Source: a virus
Lineage: Duplodnaviria; Heunggongvirae; Uroviricota; Caudoviricetes
Virus record (IMG/VR): IMGVR_UViG_3300029711_000004
Direction: 5' to 3' (one strand)
Length of the DNA stretch: 64,000 nucleotides
Positions 51,300 to 62,246 of the stretch are shown piece after piece. Position 1 is the stretch's first letter; the number at the start of each line of letters is the position of its first letter. The notes beneath the pieces are model-generated. The model was given only the letters and a program-made list of their open reading frames with translations. It ran no database searches and had not been told where the DNA came from. The translations under genes were made by a program, and so were the position numbers.

Positions 51300-51570
51300 T
51301 TAACAACCTGCTACCCGCTGTCAAACAGGTGGCAGGACGTGACAGGGTTGACAGACTGGCGATTGTGAAACCAGCAGGCCGAAGCCTCCCCATCACGCCC
51401 CACCATAATTTGGGCGTAACGCGGTTTAACGGACACAAAAATACCGCAATATCGGAAATCTGCGGTTGTCCGCACAATCATTCAGGCTGTCAAACCTGGT
51501 CGCAGAATTTGCTACGACGGCGGAACTATAAGCCTGAACGATTAAAAGGTCAATATGATGCGAAAAGATA
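51300..51570 (-). ncRNA. c4: Region expected to encode the c4 antisense RNA; boundaries not determined
   Basis: Position between Op51 and icd; non-coding structured sequence. Confidence 0.35.
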
Positions 51571-51591
51571 GCATTCGTGACTTAAAAATAC

Positions 51592-51608
51592 AAATTTATT
51601 AGAGCATT
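51592..51608 (-). promoter_or_regulatory. C1 operator (Op51-type) at immI
   Basis: AAATTTATTAGAGCAtT, 16/17. Confidence 0.75.
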
Positions 51609-51704
51609 GTTTGTTTAATAAATGCACAATTGGATCTAATAACCTCTTTTTTTTAAAGGCGAAAATATGTACCCTAAATGAGTTATAAGGCAGGTGAGGT
51701 TATA

Positions 51705-52196
51705 ATGAGAAAACTATTACTACCGTTATTATTTATGGCTGGGACTGTTAATGCAGCATCAAGCGTAAAGGAGATTTGTACCGATTATACGAAATACCTT
51801 GGGCACGTTTACGGATTTGCTGTCAGTGAAGACGAATCCATGCGCAAGAAGTTACTGTCAGATATGAAGCGCCTTAAACTTTCTGAAGCGATGGTGCAGC
51901 AGGAACTGTATAAAGTCTCAACCAACGCAAATGCTAAATACCAATATTCTCGCCTATTAAACCCCGATGCAAATGAGATCAATCGAAGCACTTTCGATTA
52001 TATGGTAAAGGCATGCGAAACCGCTCCTGATTTTGCTATCCCTAGCTGGGGTGTGCTGGTGGCGAGCAATGCCGTTAATAAAGAAGATGTTGGAAGAAAT
52101 GGCATTGACTCAATCAGAAATGCCCCAGGAATGCGCCATCAAAACGTGCAGGGTACGCTTGAAGAACGAGCCAGGGGGCCGGGTGTAGCTCCATAA
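51705..52196 (+). CDS. Secreted protein (163 aa) whose C-terminal 30 aa match a Sit motif
   Basis: MRKLLLPLLFMAGTVNAASS signal peptide; GGTGAGG RBS; C-terminus GMRHQNVQGTLEERARGPG. Confidence 0.7.
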   Translation: MRKLLLPLLFMAGTVNAASSVKEICTDYTKYLGHVYGFAVSEDESMRKKLLSDMKRLKLSEAMVQQELYKVSTNANAKYQYSRLLNPDANEINRSTFDYMVKACETAPDFAIPSWGVLVASNAVNKEDVGRNGIDSIRNAPGMRHQNVQGTLEERARGPGVAP

Positions 52197-52284
52197 TTTA
52201 ATGAATAATATTAAATTCTCTGGGCATAGTGGATCTAACAATATGGACTATGCCTATAATATCTAAAACAAAAAGGATAAAAAT

Positions 52285-52791
52285 ATGAAATTATATAAGT
52301 CATTGTATAGCTTTTTATTAATGTCCTCTTTTCTGCCATTATCAGCAATGGCAGGTTCTACCGTTTGGACGGTAGGAGGTGAGCAAGGGTGGAGAGAAAT
52401 CTCTGCAACCAATGACGATGGTTATACAATTAACTTTTCTTGTGATGCTGGAGCAAGGGAAGGTTCAGAAGATCATATCGCTGGAAGAAATTTGTATGTA
52501 AGCGGAGGAAAAGAGAATGCCGATTTTTCTACACGCGACACAATATCACGTAAAGCAGATGTAATTACTTTAATTGTTGGCCCGGATAGTTTTAATATTG
52601 GCACGCAAAACACTGCTCCTAATCGTAGGGAATGGTATTCATTTTGGAAGGCAGTGTCATCTACAAATGAAAAAAACATAGATGTATATATCGGTTCGAG
52701 TCGAATCACATCATTCACTCTGGATGGTATTTCCAGTATTTATACAGAAGCTAAAAATGACGGGTGTTTAAAACAAGATGACGGTGAATAA
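52285..52791 (+). CDS. Secreted protein (168 aa)
   Basis: MKLYKSLYSFLLMSSFLPLSAMAGS signal peptide; AAGGA RBS; TATAAT upstream. Confidence 0.7.
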   Translation: MKLYKSLYSFLLMSSFLPLSAMAGSTVWTVGGEQGWREISATNDDGYTINFSCDAGAREGSEDHIAGRNLYVSGGKENADFSTRDTISRKADVITLIVGPDSFNIGTQNTAPNRREWYSFWKAVSSTNEKNIDVYIGSSRITSFTLDGISSIYTEAKNDGCLKQDDGE

Positions 52792-53851
52792 AGTGAAGGA
52801 TATTAAACACATTTCGCTTAACTCTAATAATAAAGCTGAAGGCACTGTCTTTTATGATTATTTAAATGAAATTAAAGGAGTGAGGCATAAAAAGATAAGT
52901 GGTTTATTAAATTCAGAATATATTTACAAGAGTTTAGTTAAACAGTTTGGAACAGTTAAAAAACAAGAATTAATTAATGATTGTTTTCGAAAAGAACTTG
53001 AGTCTTTACCAAAAGTTACGAGAATTGCACACCAGTTTCGTGAACAAATGGTATTTTTACAGAAACAGTATCAGGCGGCTTTTCCCAGTGATGCAAATGA
53101 GCATATTCAAATAATTAAAAATCAAGCTGAAATGGCTATGCCGTTACGAAAAAACTCAGAAGCCATTAATAAGATAGCTGGCTTAAATAATATGGAGGAG
53201 GTATTTAAAGAATTACACTCTAATATAAATTACAAAATTAAGATAAGCAAAGATATTAAAGAAATAATAAAGCAGTATAATAAAACAAGAAGTGTATTAT
53301 TAGAGCAAGTAGTAGAGCTTGGGCTTGTTACTATCGCGCAGGCTTATGCTAATGATTCTATAAAATCAGCGCATACCGAAAGTGAGCATCAAAACAAAGG
53401 ATTTAATAAATCTAGTTCGACGTTTTTTGATTCATTTAAGGCGCTTCCTTCTCCTATTCAGATCTTCCTTCTGTGGATTTTTTATCAAGTGGTGCTTGGC
53501 GCTATAACTGATTATGCAAAAGAAAAGACATTATCGCAAATTTACAAGATGGAATCATATCTTCTATCTCTAAATGAGGATAAGCCAATATCTAAGCAAA
53601 AGCTAACACAAGAAAATAAAGATATTCAGTGGGAGGATCTTAATAATTTTAGAGCTATAACAGGTGATAACGTAAGGTTGCATGTCGGCCCTTCTTTAAA
53701 TAGTGAAGTGATTGAATGCATTGGCAAAAACACAATTGTTGCTATTTTAGATAAGAAAGATCGTCAATGGCTTTACGTGCAGGTTAAATCAGGGGATGAG
53801 TTTATTACTGGTTGGATTACACGAACATACACAAAGCCTCTTAAGGCTTGA
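52778..53851 (+). CDS. Membrane-anchored protein (357 aa) with C-terminal SH3b-like domain
   Basis: K/N-rich; hydrophobic helix IQIFLLWIFYQVVLGAI; C-terminus NVRLHVGPSLNSEVIECIGKNTIVAILDKKDRQWLYVQVKSGDEFITGWI. Confidence 0.7.
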   Translation: MTVNKVKDIKHISLNSNNKAEGTVFYDYLNEIKGVRHKKISGLLNSEYIYKSLVKQFGTVKKQELINDCFRKELESLPKVTRIAHQFREQMVFLQKQYQAAFPSDANEHIQIIKNQAEMAMPLRKNSEAINKIAGLNNMEEVFKELHSNINYKIKISKDIKEIIKQYNKTRSVLLEQVVELGLVTIAQAYANDSIKSAHTESEHQNKGFNKSSSTFFDSFKALPSPIQIFLLWIFYQVVLGAITDYAKEKTLSQIYKMESYLLSLNEDKPISKQKLTQENKDIQWEDLNNFRAITGDNVRLHVGPSLNSEVIECIGKNTIVAILDKKDRQWLYVQVKSGDEFITGWITRTYTKPLKA

Positions 53852-53965
53852 ATTTTATCTCCGCATCTTCGGATTGGGTGTTGATGACGATGTGCTACTT
53901 GAAGCACTTGAGTTGTTTTAACGTAGTATCTGAAATGTGTAGACTGACCGGTAACAAATGACAAC

Positions 53966-54572
<607 letters not shown>

Positions 54573-54582
54573 GGGGGCTGAT

Positions 54583-55194
54583 ATGGGGCTTAATGTTGCT
54601 TCAGTAAAGTCTTATGTATCTTCGGCATTAACGACGACATTATTTGGCTCCGGCGTTGGTGAGCGGGAAGTTGGTAAGCTGACGTCAATCATCATGAACA
54701 AAATGCTGTTCGCGCAAGGATGGCAGTTCTCTGTCGAAGTTGATGGACTGGAGGGGGCAGATTTCTTTGCCAAAGATATTACCTACCACGATTACAGCAT
54801 CGAATATGAAACGATTAAAATCGGCGGAGGGAATATCCTTCAGCCAACGGAGCGTTCGCCTGGGCAGATAACGATGATGGTCAGGGATACCGTTGATGGC
54901 CTCGTTTTGGACTGGTTTAAGACGGCAAAAAGTCGGGTGATCAATCCGGACGGTACCGGGAATATACCGTCTAAATATTTGCTCAATGTGCGTATTTATC
55001 GGTTGCTGTCCTCCGGTTTAACCAAACTGGAAAATGAGATGACGGTATTCCCGGTCACTACCGGCGATGTCACCTATGCGCGAGATCAGGTTACTGAATT
55101 TAAGTCATTCCCAATGACCTTCGCATTGCACAGCACGTTTAACCAATCCTCAAGTTCTTTGGCTTCCCTTCTGGGCTTTAGCTTTTCTCTTTGA
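54583..55194 (+). CDS. Probable tail tube protein (203 aa)
   Basis: ORF track; position before the Sit tape-measure gene. Confidence 0.5.
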   Translation: MGLNVASVKSYVSSALTTTLFGSGVGEREVGKLTSIIMNKMLFAQGWQFSVEVDGLEGADFFAKDITYHDYSIEYETIKIGGGNILQPTERSPGQITMMVRDTVDGLVLDWFKTAKSRVINPDGTGNIPSKYLLNVRIYRLLSSGLTKLENEMTVFPVTTGDVTYARDQVTEFKSFPMTFALHSTFNQSSSSLASLLGFSFSL

Positions 55195-55208
55195 ATTAAG
55201 GAGCAAGG

Positions 55209-56090
55209 ATGCTTTTACCTCTTTTCCCGCTACCATCGCGGCCAACTGAATTGATCCAGTTCCGTCAGCCAAATATTGCTGATGCGATGCGTTTCAACTC
55301 GATAACACCGGAGGAACAAGAACAACAGACAACGGCGTATTTAAAAGCCTTGCTGGCTGAACCCGCGAAACATGATCCCCTGACATGGACGGCGCAGGAC
55401 CGGATTACCGCGTTATGGTGGATATTTACCGGCTCCCGTGAAACACCGGTCGAGACATTCACCTACACCTGTAAACATTGCGGTAAAGAGCATTATTACG
55501 ATTGCGATATGAATGCTCTGGCTGAAGATATCCAGGTCCTGGAAGTGGAACCGTTCATTGACGATATTGAGGTGTCTGTAGAGGGAGTGCCTTATCAATG
55601 GCGTATCGTGCCGCTTGATGGTTGGGCAATGGAAATGCTGGAGATGCGCCGTGCAGCATTGCCACCTGAAGACGACGCGGAATTCAAAGAAGCGATCGTT
55701 GATTTGCGTTTTTGGGAATTCGCTTATCAGTGTGAGCTTTATAACGATGTTAGTGGTACTCGTGAAGATCAGGCTGAGCGTCGTTATGAAACGATTAAAC
55801 GGATGGCCATTGATACTGAATTTATGAAGCTGGCGGCACACATCCGACTGGCTCATGAAAAGCTCGAACATGGTTTACCGTGCTACATCGATAAAGGTGA
55901 AATGCGTCTTCGTCTCCCGCCGCACAAATGCCCAAACCAGGATAAAAAGGAGTCCACAGAGGGTGCGTTTACCCGTCTGTGGGTGCCCTTTCGGGCTACC
56001 GACTTCATTCCACAGGTGGGGATTGAAAAGCTATCAGACCTTAGTATCCAACCTGGTTTTGTATGGGGGTATACCGATTCAGGACGCTGA
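55209..56090 (+). CDS. Tail assembly protein (293 aa)
   Basis: ORF track. Confidence 0.6.
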   Translation: MLLPLFPLPSRPTELIQFRQPNIADAMRFNSITPEEQEQQTTAYLKALLAEPAKHDPLTWTAQDRITALWWIFTGSRETPVETFTYTCKHCGKEHYYDCDMNALAEDIQVLEVEPFIDDIEVSVEGVPYQWRIVPLDGWAMEMLEMRRAALPPEDDAEFKEAIVDLRFWEFAYQCELYNDVSGTREDQAERRYETIKRMAIDTEFMKLAAHIRLAHEKLEHGLPCYIDKGEMRLRLPPHKCPNQDKKESTEGAFTRLWVPFRATDFIPQVGIEKLSDLSIQPGFVWGYTDSGR

Positions 56091-56171
56091 AAGGCTTACT
56101 GAATCCTATGCGTTTTTCCTGTTGGAGAAACTGGAAGAAAAACTTAAACCGAAACGGTAGGCGATAAGATC

Positions 56172-59100
56172 ATGGAAAGAAAAAACGCCAATATTGACGA
56201 TGTTATAAGGACAGTTGAAACCGCCAGCGCAAAAGAGCTGGAAGAGCTTGCAGGTATCCGGGAAGCTGTTGAAGATTTGAAAGGGGGACGCGTTGCAACT
56301 GTTGATCCTGTCTCTCACAGTGTGTCGGCATTAAATCGCACAATCGAAAATTCCAGGCCAGACTTTGTGGCCAATGCGCCATCAGTGGCCCCTATTGTTG
56401 AGGCAATGAAACGGCTTAATTTAGGGGACGTTTCTCGTGTAGTTCAGGAGGATGTTGCTCTACAGGAACCGCAGGCCAAATCAACTACGCGAAAGGGTAA
56501 AAAACGACGCAAGAAGGCTATAACAGAAGATGTAAAGGCGCAACGGACCGAAGCAGCCGAACACGCTCGCGAAATGTTCGGTCAAAAAGGCGGTGCGCAA
56601 AAAAGCCAAAACCAACGCGATGCGCGTGGTCGTTTTATTGGAAAGCCAGGGAGTAAGGCCGCAGCGGAAGATGCCCGTGCTGAACGTGCTGAAAAGGCCA
56701 GGCGCAAAGAGGATGATGAGCGTCTAAATGCTGAATCAGGTTTATTAAAAAAACTGTCAAAAGTAGCTGAAGGCATAGGTAACCCTTCAGAGACTCGCGC
56801 CGTCGATGCGTTAGGTTATGCCGTTGCTGGTCCATTGTGGGCCGCAGGGAAGGAGCTTGGCGGGATATCAAAAGAAGTTGGTGGATCGCTTAATGGTGCC
56901 AGAAAGTCTATTGCCGATGTGATTCGTGGCAATGACGATAACAGCCGTAGAAAAGGTTTTTTTAGGCGTAAATCGCAAAATAGTGCCGATGTCGTTCAGG
57001 TTAACACCCAAAAACGGACGGTTCAGGAACTTCAGGATCAGACCAGCGAAATTAAAGAGGGCAATGACAAGATTCTCAGCGCCCTTGATCAGATAGCCAA
57101 AAACACCGGGAAAAAGAAGGGCGGCTTGCTGTCCAAATTATTTAGCCTGTTAGGGAAGGGGGCCGGTGGCGTCGCGTCGTTGTTAATGGGGCGTGGCATG
57201 CTGAAAAAAGCTGGAGCACTCGCTTTTGGCGCTCTGGGGGCAAAGAAACTTGTAGGAATGCTACGCGGTGGTGGCAAGAAGACTCTCGCCCATGAAGGCG
57301 GAGATTTGGCTGCCCGGGCAGCAGGTAAACTTGGATTAAAGGCAGTTGGTAAAGGGGCGTTACGCGCAATTCCCCTAGTCGGCACAGTGGCTGGAGGTAT
57401 TTATGATGCGGTAACCGGTTGGAATGATACAGAAGCGCAACGTCGAGCGTTTGGGCTTAAATCAGGACAAGATCCATCATTCCAGCAAAAAGCCGCTTAT
57501 ACGTTAGCCAATGTTCTTGATTTGGGGGGACTGGTATCTGGTATTAGCAGTGCTATTGGTGATGTTCTCAAATCACTTGGATTTGAGGATATCGGCAATA
57601 TGTTGCAATCATTTTCGACGGAAAGTATTGCCCAGGCCATTGATAGTGGGATTACCAACTTAGAAACATATATTTCTAACCTTGGCGACACCATTTCTAC
57701 CAAGTTCGATGATTACACAGCAAAGATTGGTGATGCTGTTTCAGCATGGTTTAGCGATACATCTAATAAGCTGCTTGAAAAGCTGGATGCCATCAAAGAC
57801 TTCTTTACTGTCGATAACCTGAAACAGGTTTTCAGTGATGCAATTGATAGTGCAATTGATTTCATTAAGAACCCAGGGAAACACATTAAAGAGGCAGCTA
57901 GTAATATTTGGGATGGGGTTAAAAATTTACCAGGTAAAGCATTAGATGCAGCGGTTGATGCCGTTAAAAATACCCCTGCGGCAATGATTGTATCAAAAAC
58001 ACCCAATCCGATCGGCGAGGCTAATGCGAAAGAAATCACTCCAGAGTTAAAAGCTCCGGTTAATAGCCAGCAGGGGACATCTGATTCTAAAGCTGAATCC
58101 GATGCCAAACAGACTAATATTGCTGCCCGCGTGATAAATGCGGCCCTGGATATGGCGAAAGATAGCAATAAAACAGTTAAAGAAACTGCTAATCAGATTA
58201 TCAATGCAAATGCCGTAGAAACAGGAAATAAAGCAGCACAAACAATTGATGCTGCCTTGGGCCAGTCTGCTACAGGTAAGGAGGAAGCATTAAGTGCATA
58301 TGAGATAGATAAACGTCGATTTAACAATGGCAAGGATGTTTCTTTGCCAAAATTAAATGCTGCCGGATACCAATGGATTTCTGACAATGCCGATTATTTT
58401 GATGAGCTTGAACGTAAGTATGGGCTTGAAAAAGGGATTCTGTCAGCAGTTGCATCCGCAGAGTCTAGTGCAGGCCAGAGAACTGGAAATCCAGTAGACA
58501 AAAACGGGAACAAACTTTCATCTGCCCTTGGGGCTTTTCAGATCACTAAAGGTACAAGGGAGGATCTTGGACTCAGCGATGCTGATGCCATGGATACACG
58601 AAAAGCAGCTGATGGTGCCGCCAGATACCTAAGTATGCTGATGAACCGTTATAACGGTGATCAGGGTCGTGCAATAGCTGCCTATCATGCTGGTATGGGG
58701 CATGTTGATAAGGGGAGAGTAGTCGCCGGTACCGGCGAATATGTTACTCGTGTCAGAGGTTATCAGCGGATGCTCAATAATGGTGCCGTTTATGGCTCTA
58801 AGGTAGATCATAGCGCACCAGCAATTCACGAAAAGATACCTGATAACGCTGTTATCGATCAGTCTACTGGCCTGGCGTTTACCCCTGGTGATAGCCCGTT
58901 TGAGAAAGGCGGTCTGGTAGACAAAATTGGCAATGCTGTTGGTGTTAACGATCTGGTCAACAAATTCATGAATGGCCGGGGTATGCGTCGGGAAGTCGTT
59001 CAGGGAACGCTCGAAGAACGTGCACGAGGGAAGGGGACCGCAACAGCAGCTGGCAATGTGTATGTTGATACTCCGATGCCAGTTGAAGAGGCGCGTCCGG

Positions 59101-59546
59101 TGGCCAGCAACTCAAGTTACTTTGACCAACTCGGCGCACAAATGGGGATTGATGGACTATTCGATAAACTCCGCAACTCGCCGGGGATGCGGAAAAATAA
59201 TGCGCCTGAACCAGCCTCCACGTCCCTGGTGACGACTGCCGCCAACGATTTGCAGCAACCAACCGGTCGTATGCAGATAGACGGACAGGTTATTAGTGAC
59301 CTTGGCGGCTCCGGTGCCAAGCCGACAATGCAGTTGGCTGATAATACCGTTTCACTTGATGGTGAAACGAAGCGGCTGTTTGCGCAGATGACCTCATTGC
59401 TTGCCAGGATTGAAGAGCACACCAAAGACTCGGCGAAAGGCCAGGGAACTGTCGTAAAGGTCAGCACGCCTCAGCCGGGCGTTATGCGCACGGTACCACT
59501 GTCAATTGATGATCCGTTGATGAATGACTACGCGAGAGTTGATTGA
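56172..59546 (+). CDS. sit: Sit: tape-measure-like structural injection protein with lytic transglycosylase domain (1124 aa)
   Basis: SLT-domain motifs AESSAG...GAFQITKGT...AYHAGMG; Gly/Lys-rich repeats; largest ORF in tail operon. Confidence 0.85.
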   Translation: MERKNANIDDVIRTVETASAKELEELAGIREAVEDLKGGRVATVDPVSHSVSALNRTIENSRPDFVANAPSVAPIVEAMKRLNLGDVSRVVQEDVALQEPQAKSTTRKGKKRRKKAITEDVKAQRTEAAEHAREMFGQKGGAQKSQNQRDARGRFIGKPGSKAAAEDARAERAEKARRKEDDERLNAESGLLKKLSKVAEGIGNPSETRAVDALGYAVAGPLWAAGKELGGISKEVGGSLNGARKSIADVIRGNDDNSRRKGFFRRKSQNSADVVQVNTQKRTVQELQDQTSEIKEGNDKILSALDQIAKNTGKKKGGLLSKLFSLLGKGAGGVASLLMGRGMLKKAGALAFGALGAKKLVGMLRGGGKKTLAHEGGDLAARAAGKLGLKAVGKGALRAIPLVGTVAGGIYDAVTGWNDTEAQRRAFGLKSGQDPSFQQKAAYTLANVLDLGGLVSGISSAIGDVLKSLGFEDIGNMLQSFSTESIAQAIDSGITNLETYISNLGDTISTKFDDYTAKIGDAVSAWFSDTSNKLLEKLDAIKDFFTVDNLKQVFSDAIDSAIDFIKNPGKHIKEAASNIWDGVKNLPGKALDAAVDAVKNTPAAMIVSKTPNPIGEANAKEITPELKAPVNSQQGTSDSKAESDAKQTNIAARVINAALDMAKDSNKTVKETANQIINANAVETGNKAAQTIDAALGQSATGKEEALSAYEIDKRRFNNGKDVSLPKLNAAGYQWISDNADYFDELERKYGLEKGILSAVASAESSAGQRTGNPVDKNGNKLSSALGAFQITKGTREDLGLSDADAMDTRKAADGAARYLSMLMNRYNGDQGRAIAAYHAGMGHVDKGRVVAGTGEYVTRVRGYQRMLNNGAVYGSKVDHSAPAIHEKIPDNAVIDQSTGLAFTPGDSPFEKGGLVDKIGNAVGVNDLVNKFMNGRGMRREVVQGTLEERARGKGTATAAGNVYVDTPMPVEEARPVASNSSYFDQLGAQMGIDGLFDKLRNSPGMRKNNAPEPASTSLVTTAANDLQQPTGRMQIDGQVISDLGGSGAKPTMQLADNTVSLDGETKRLFAQMTSLLARIEEHTKDSAKGQGTVVKVSTPQPGVMRTVPLSIDDPLMNDYARVD

Positions 59547-59902
59547 TGGCCAACAATAACGAAATTGATCCTTTGCTGACGCTGGAGTTATCCGGCGTAA
59601 AAACGTATGAGTCCCAGGAGGAGGCCTGGGGCGCTCGTTTATATGAGTGGCTAAACACTTATCAGGGTGAGGTATACGGAGATCCGTCATGGGGCAATGT
59701 TTTACCGCTGTTTAAACACGAACCGACCAACTTGTCGCATGTTCAAATTGCGGTTGAGGCAATGCTGTTGCAAAAACTGACGGTAGATTTACCTGACATA
59801 CCGATTTCTGGCTTGTCAGTAGCCGAGGGAGATGCTTTTGATAAGTTGAAAATATCCATTCGTATCAGGGATATAACTATCACACAGGACGTGGTGCTAT
59901 GA
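59543..59902 (+). CDS. Baseplate wedge protein, gpW/gp25-like (119 aa)
   Basis: ORF track; size and position after tape measure. Confidence 0.55.
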   Translation: MMANNNEIDPLLTLELSGVKTYESQEEAWGARLYEWLNTYQGEVYGDPSWGNVLPLFKHEPTNLSHVQIAVEAMLLQKLTVDLPDIPISGLSVAEGDAFDKLKISIRIRDITITQDVVL

Positions 59903-61332
59903 GTAAAACAACACCGACTAAAGACAGTATTCGTGCAGAGTTTGAAGAGCTTGTCGAGAAAGATTCATTCTGGTCGAAGTTTGTCGGCTCTCAATTTGTC
60001 TCGATGCTGACATTGTTTATTACCCAGATTGTCTACAGGTGCTTTCAGTATGCCGATGCGGCGCTGGCTGAAGGCTTTATATCGACCGCGACGCGGCGTT
60101 CCTCTATCCTGGCAGCGGCAGAAACGAATAGTTACGTTGGTACCAAGCCAACACCGTCATCGGGGATGATTGAGATCACCGCCACAAGTGAAGATGCCCC
60201 AGCGGTAATCCCCAAAAATATGCCTTTAATATCTGACGACCAGTACCCTTACATGACTATGGATGTATGCAGGTTGGTTGACGGCACCGGTACGGTAGAA
60301 GTGGCACAGTTGGAAATCCAGGAGGTGACATATACCGTTACGGCAGCCAAAGAATTTCTGGAAGTCGTGTTATCAAAGGCTCTCACTGCTGTCTGCTATA
60401 AGCTGGAAGTATTCGTGACGACCGATGGTAAGACCACGCAGTGGTCTTCCAGCACTATGTTCCGGTTAGCCGGTAGTAAAAGCCAGGTCTACGTTGAGTT
60501 TTATAAGCCATCCGAGCAGTTGGGGGTTCGATTCGGTGATGGGCTAATTGGGCAAATACCGCCAGAAGGCTCGACCATTACACTTAAGGTATGGTGCACC
60601 AACGGAGATATAACCCTGGTTGCTGGCCAAAACCTGACGCCTGTCGATTCTGCGGCTAATTTAGCTAATTTGATTTCAGTTAAGACAACGACACCCATAA
60701 CCGCAGGTACCGATGCCGAAACAACGGAGATCACACGTAATCGTGCACAATATTACCTTGCCTATGATGATCAGGTCGTATGGGGCGGGGACTATACGTA
60801 TTTTTTGGTGCGTAACATCCCGGGACTGTCCTGGGTAAAGGCATGGGGCGAAGGCCAGCAAGAGAAATTAGATGGTGCTTATAATGTTCGGAATATCAAT
60901 AAGATATTTATTTCAGGATGGCATCCAAACAAAAGCCAGTCAGAGCTTGAAGAAGTGATCCTGGCTGCCTTTAAGAAGGTGCCGAATGAGTTGAACAAGA
61001 AATTCTCGTATAAAGAGGTCAGAAAACTCCCCTTTAAGATCACTATCACTGGGCGGATATCGGCAAGCCTGACCATTGAGAACGTGACTGATGAGCTGAA
61101 GTCGGCACTGGAAACAAAATTTGGGCGTGACTCAACTTTCTTTGATCCGAACCGTGTCGGCAAGTACATCCTAATCAAGAAAAAAGACGTTTGGGCATTT
61201 ATCGAAACGCTGGGTTATTTCCGCGACTTTTATCTGGAATTTGTCGAGTGGAATGAGTCCAACGGCTTTTACGATTTCGTTTATCTGGATACAGAAAACT
61301 CCACCTTTAATATTTCGTATGAGGAGGAGTGA
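59899..61332 (+). CDS. Baseplate protein, J/gp6-like (477 aa)
   Basis: ORF track; synteny. Confidence 0.55.
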   Translation: MSKTTPTKDSIRAEFEELVEKDSFWSKFVGSQFVSMLTLFITQIVYRCFQYADAALAEGFISTATRRSSILAAAETNSYVGTKPTPSSGMIEITATSEDAPAVIPKNMPLISDDQYPYMTMDVCRLVDGTGTVEVAQLEIQEVTYTVTAAKEFLEVVLSKALTAVCYKLEVFVTTDGKTTQWSSSTMFRLAGSKSQVYVEFYKPSEQLGVRFGDGLIGQIPPEGSTITLKVWCTNGDITLVAGQNLTPVDSAANLANLISVKTTTPITAGTDAETTEITRNRAQYYLAYDDQVVWGGDYTYFLVRNIPGLSWVKAWGEGQQEKLDGAYNVRNINKIFISGWHPNKSQSELEEVILAAFKKVPNELNKKFSYKEVRKLPFKITITGRISASLTIENVTDELKSALETKFGRDSTFFDPNRVGKYILIKKKDVWAFIETLGYFRDFYLEFVEWNESNGFYDFVYLDTENSTFNISYEEE

Positions 61333-62168
61333 TGCAGCGTTCCTGGTTTAATAACCGGCTTACATCAGCTAAGCAAAAGTCATTACTTTATAAATCATTG
61401 GCTGATTTGGTTCAGTCAATGATGGACACCTTTGTTGACCCATGGTTGGAGCGAATTACCAACCGGAAGTCTATTTTCTCCATGAGCAAGGAGGATCTGG
61501 AGACTAGAACAAATGAACTTGGCCAGTTTTTTACTATCAGAACGTCGAATTCATCTTCCGTTCCGATGTTGTTACAACAGCGGTTTGATGAGATCCATTT
61601 TAAGGGTACTGAACGCCCTATAAACCAGACAATTTATCGCGAATTTAACGGTATATCGGTTTTATGGGATCCAATATATGCTCCGGTGGACTTTGAACGT
61701 CATCCCTATGGCACGGTCCTGATTCCAGAAAGCACACTGGAAACCACCGGCGGCACATTCGGCGAGATGTTTCTGACTTCCAGAGGAATGATCAGTATTC
61801 CCATAAACGACCTGGCCCGGACAATGGGTATTACTGGAACGATAGATCAGTCCGCAATTACAGAAGAAATTCTCAGAAAGTTTAATCAGTTCGTAAAGCC
61901 TCTACTGCCACTGCATATAGTGTTTGATGGGCTTACGCTCTATTTGTCGGTTGTTGTAAATGAACAGGCCGACATGATCACTTTGAATGAGATTTCTGAT
62001 ACCGAAAAAGCATTCTGCTGGTTTGAAACTTCGGATACAACTTCGCTTACTGAAGTTACGTCGATTAACGCCCCGATCACTGCAACGCCGGGCGGCACTA
62101 TTGTGAAAGCAACGCCTACGTTTGATCGCACCCGCGCAGATGATTTGCTGTTGGATAGCGATGCGTGA
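61329..62168 (+). CDS. Baseplate/tail protein (279 aa)
   Basis: ORF track. Confidence 0.55.
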   Translation: MMQRSWFNNRLTSAKQKSLLYKSLADLVQSMMDTFVDPWLERITNRKSIFSMSKEDLETRTNELGQFFTIRTSNSSSVPMLLQQRFDEIHFKGTERPINQTIYREFNGISVLWDPIYAPVDFERHPYGTVLIPESTLETTGGTFGEMFLTSRGMISIPINDLARTMGITGTIDQSAITEEILRKFNQFVKPLLPLHIVFDGLTLYLSVVVNEQADMITLNEISDTEKAFCWFETSDTTSLTEVTSINAPITATPGGTIVKATPTFDRTRADDLLLDSDA

Positions 62169-62246
62169 CAATCACCCCGTCCGCAGGGCGGGGTGACAAG
62201 TTACTTATCTTACAATGAGGCTTCACAACATTGATTAGGGAAAATC

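Noticed and set aside
51280-51477. 65-aa minus-strand ORF
   Set aside because: It falls where the c4 antisense RNA is expected between the immI operator and icd; more likely non-coding.
56582-58387. Several minus-strand ORFs of 64-151 aa
   Set aside because: They are antisense to the 1124-aa Sit gene and reflect its repetitive Gly/Ala/Lys-rich composition.
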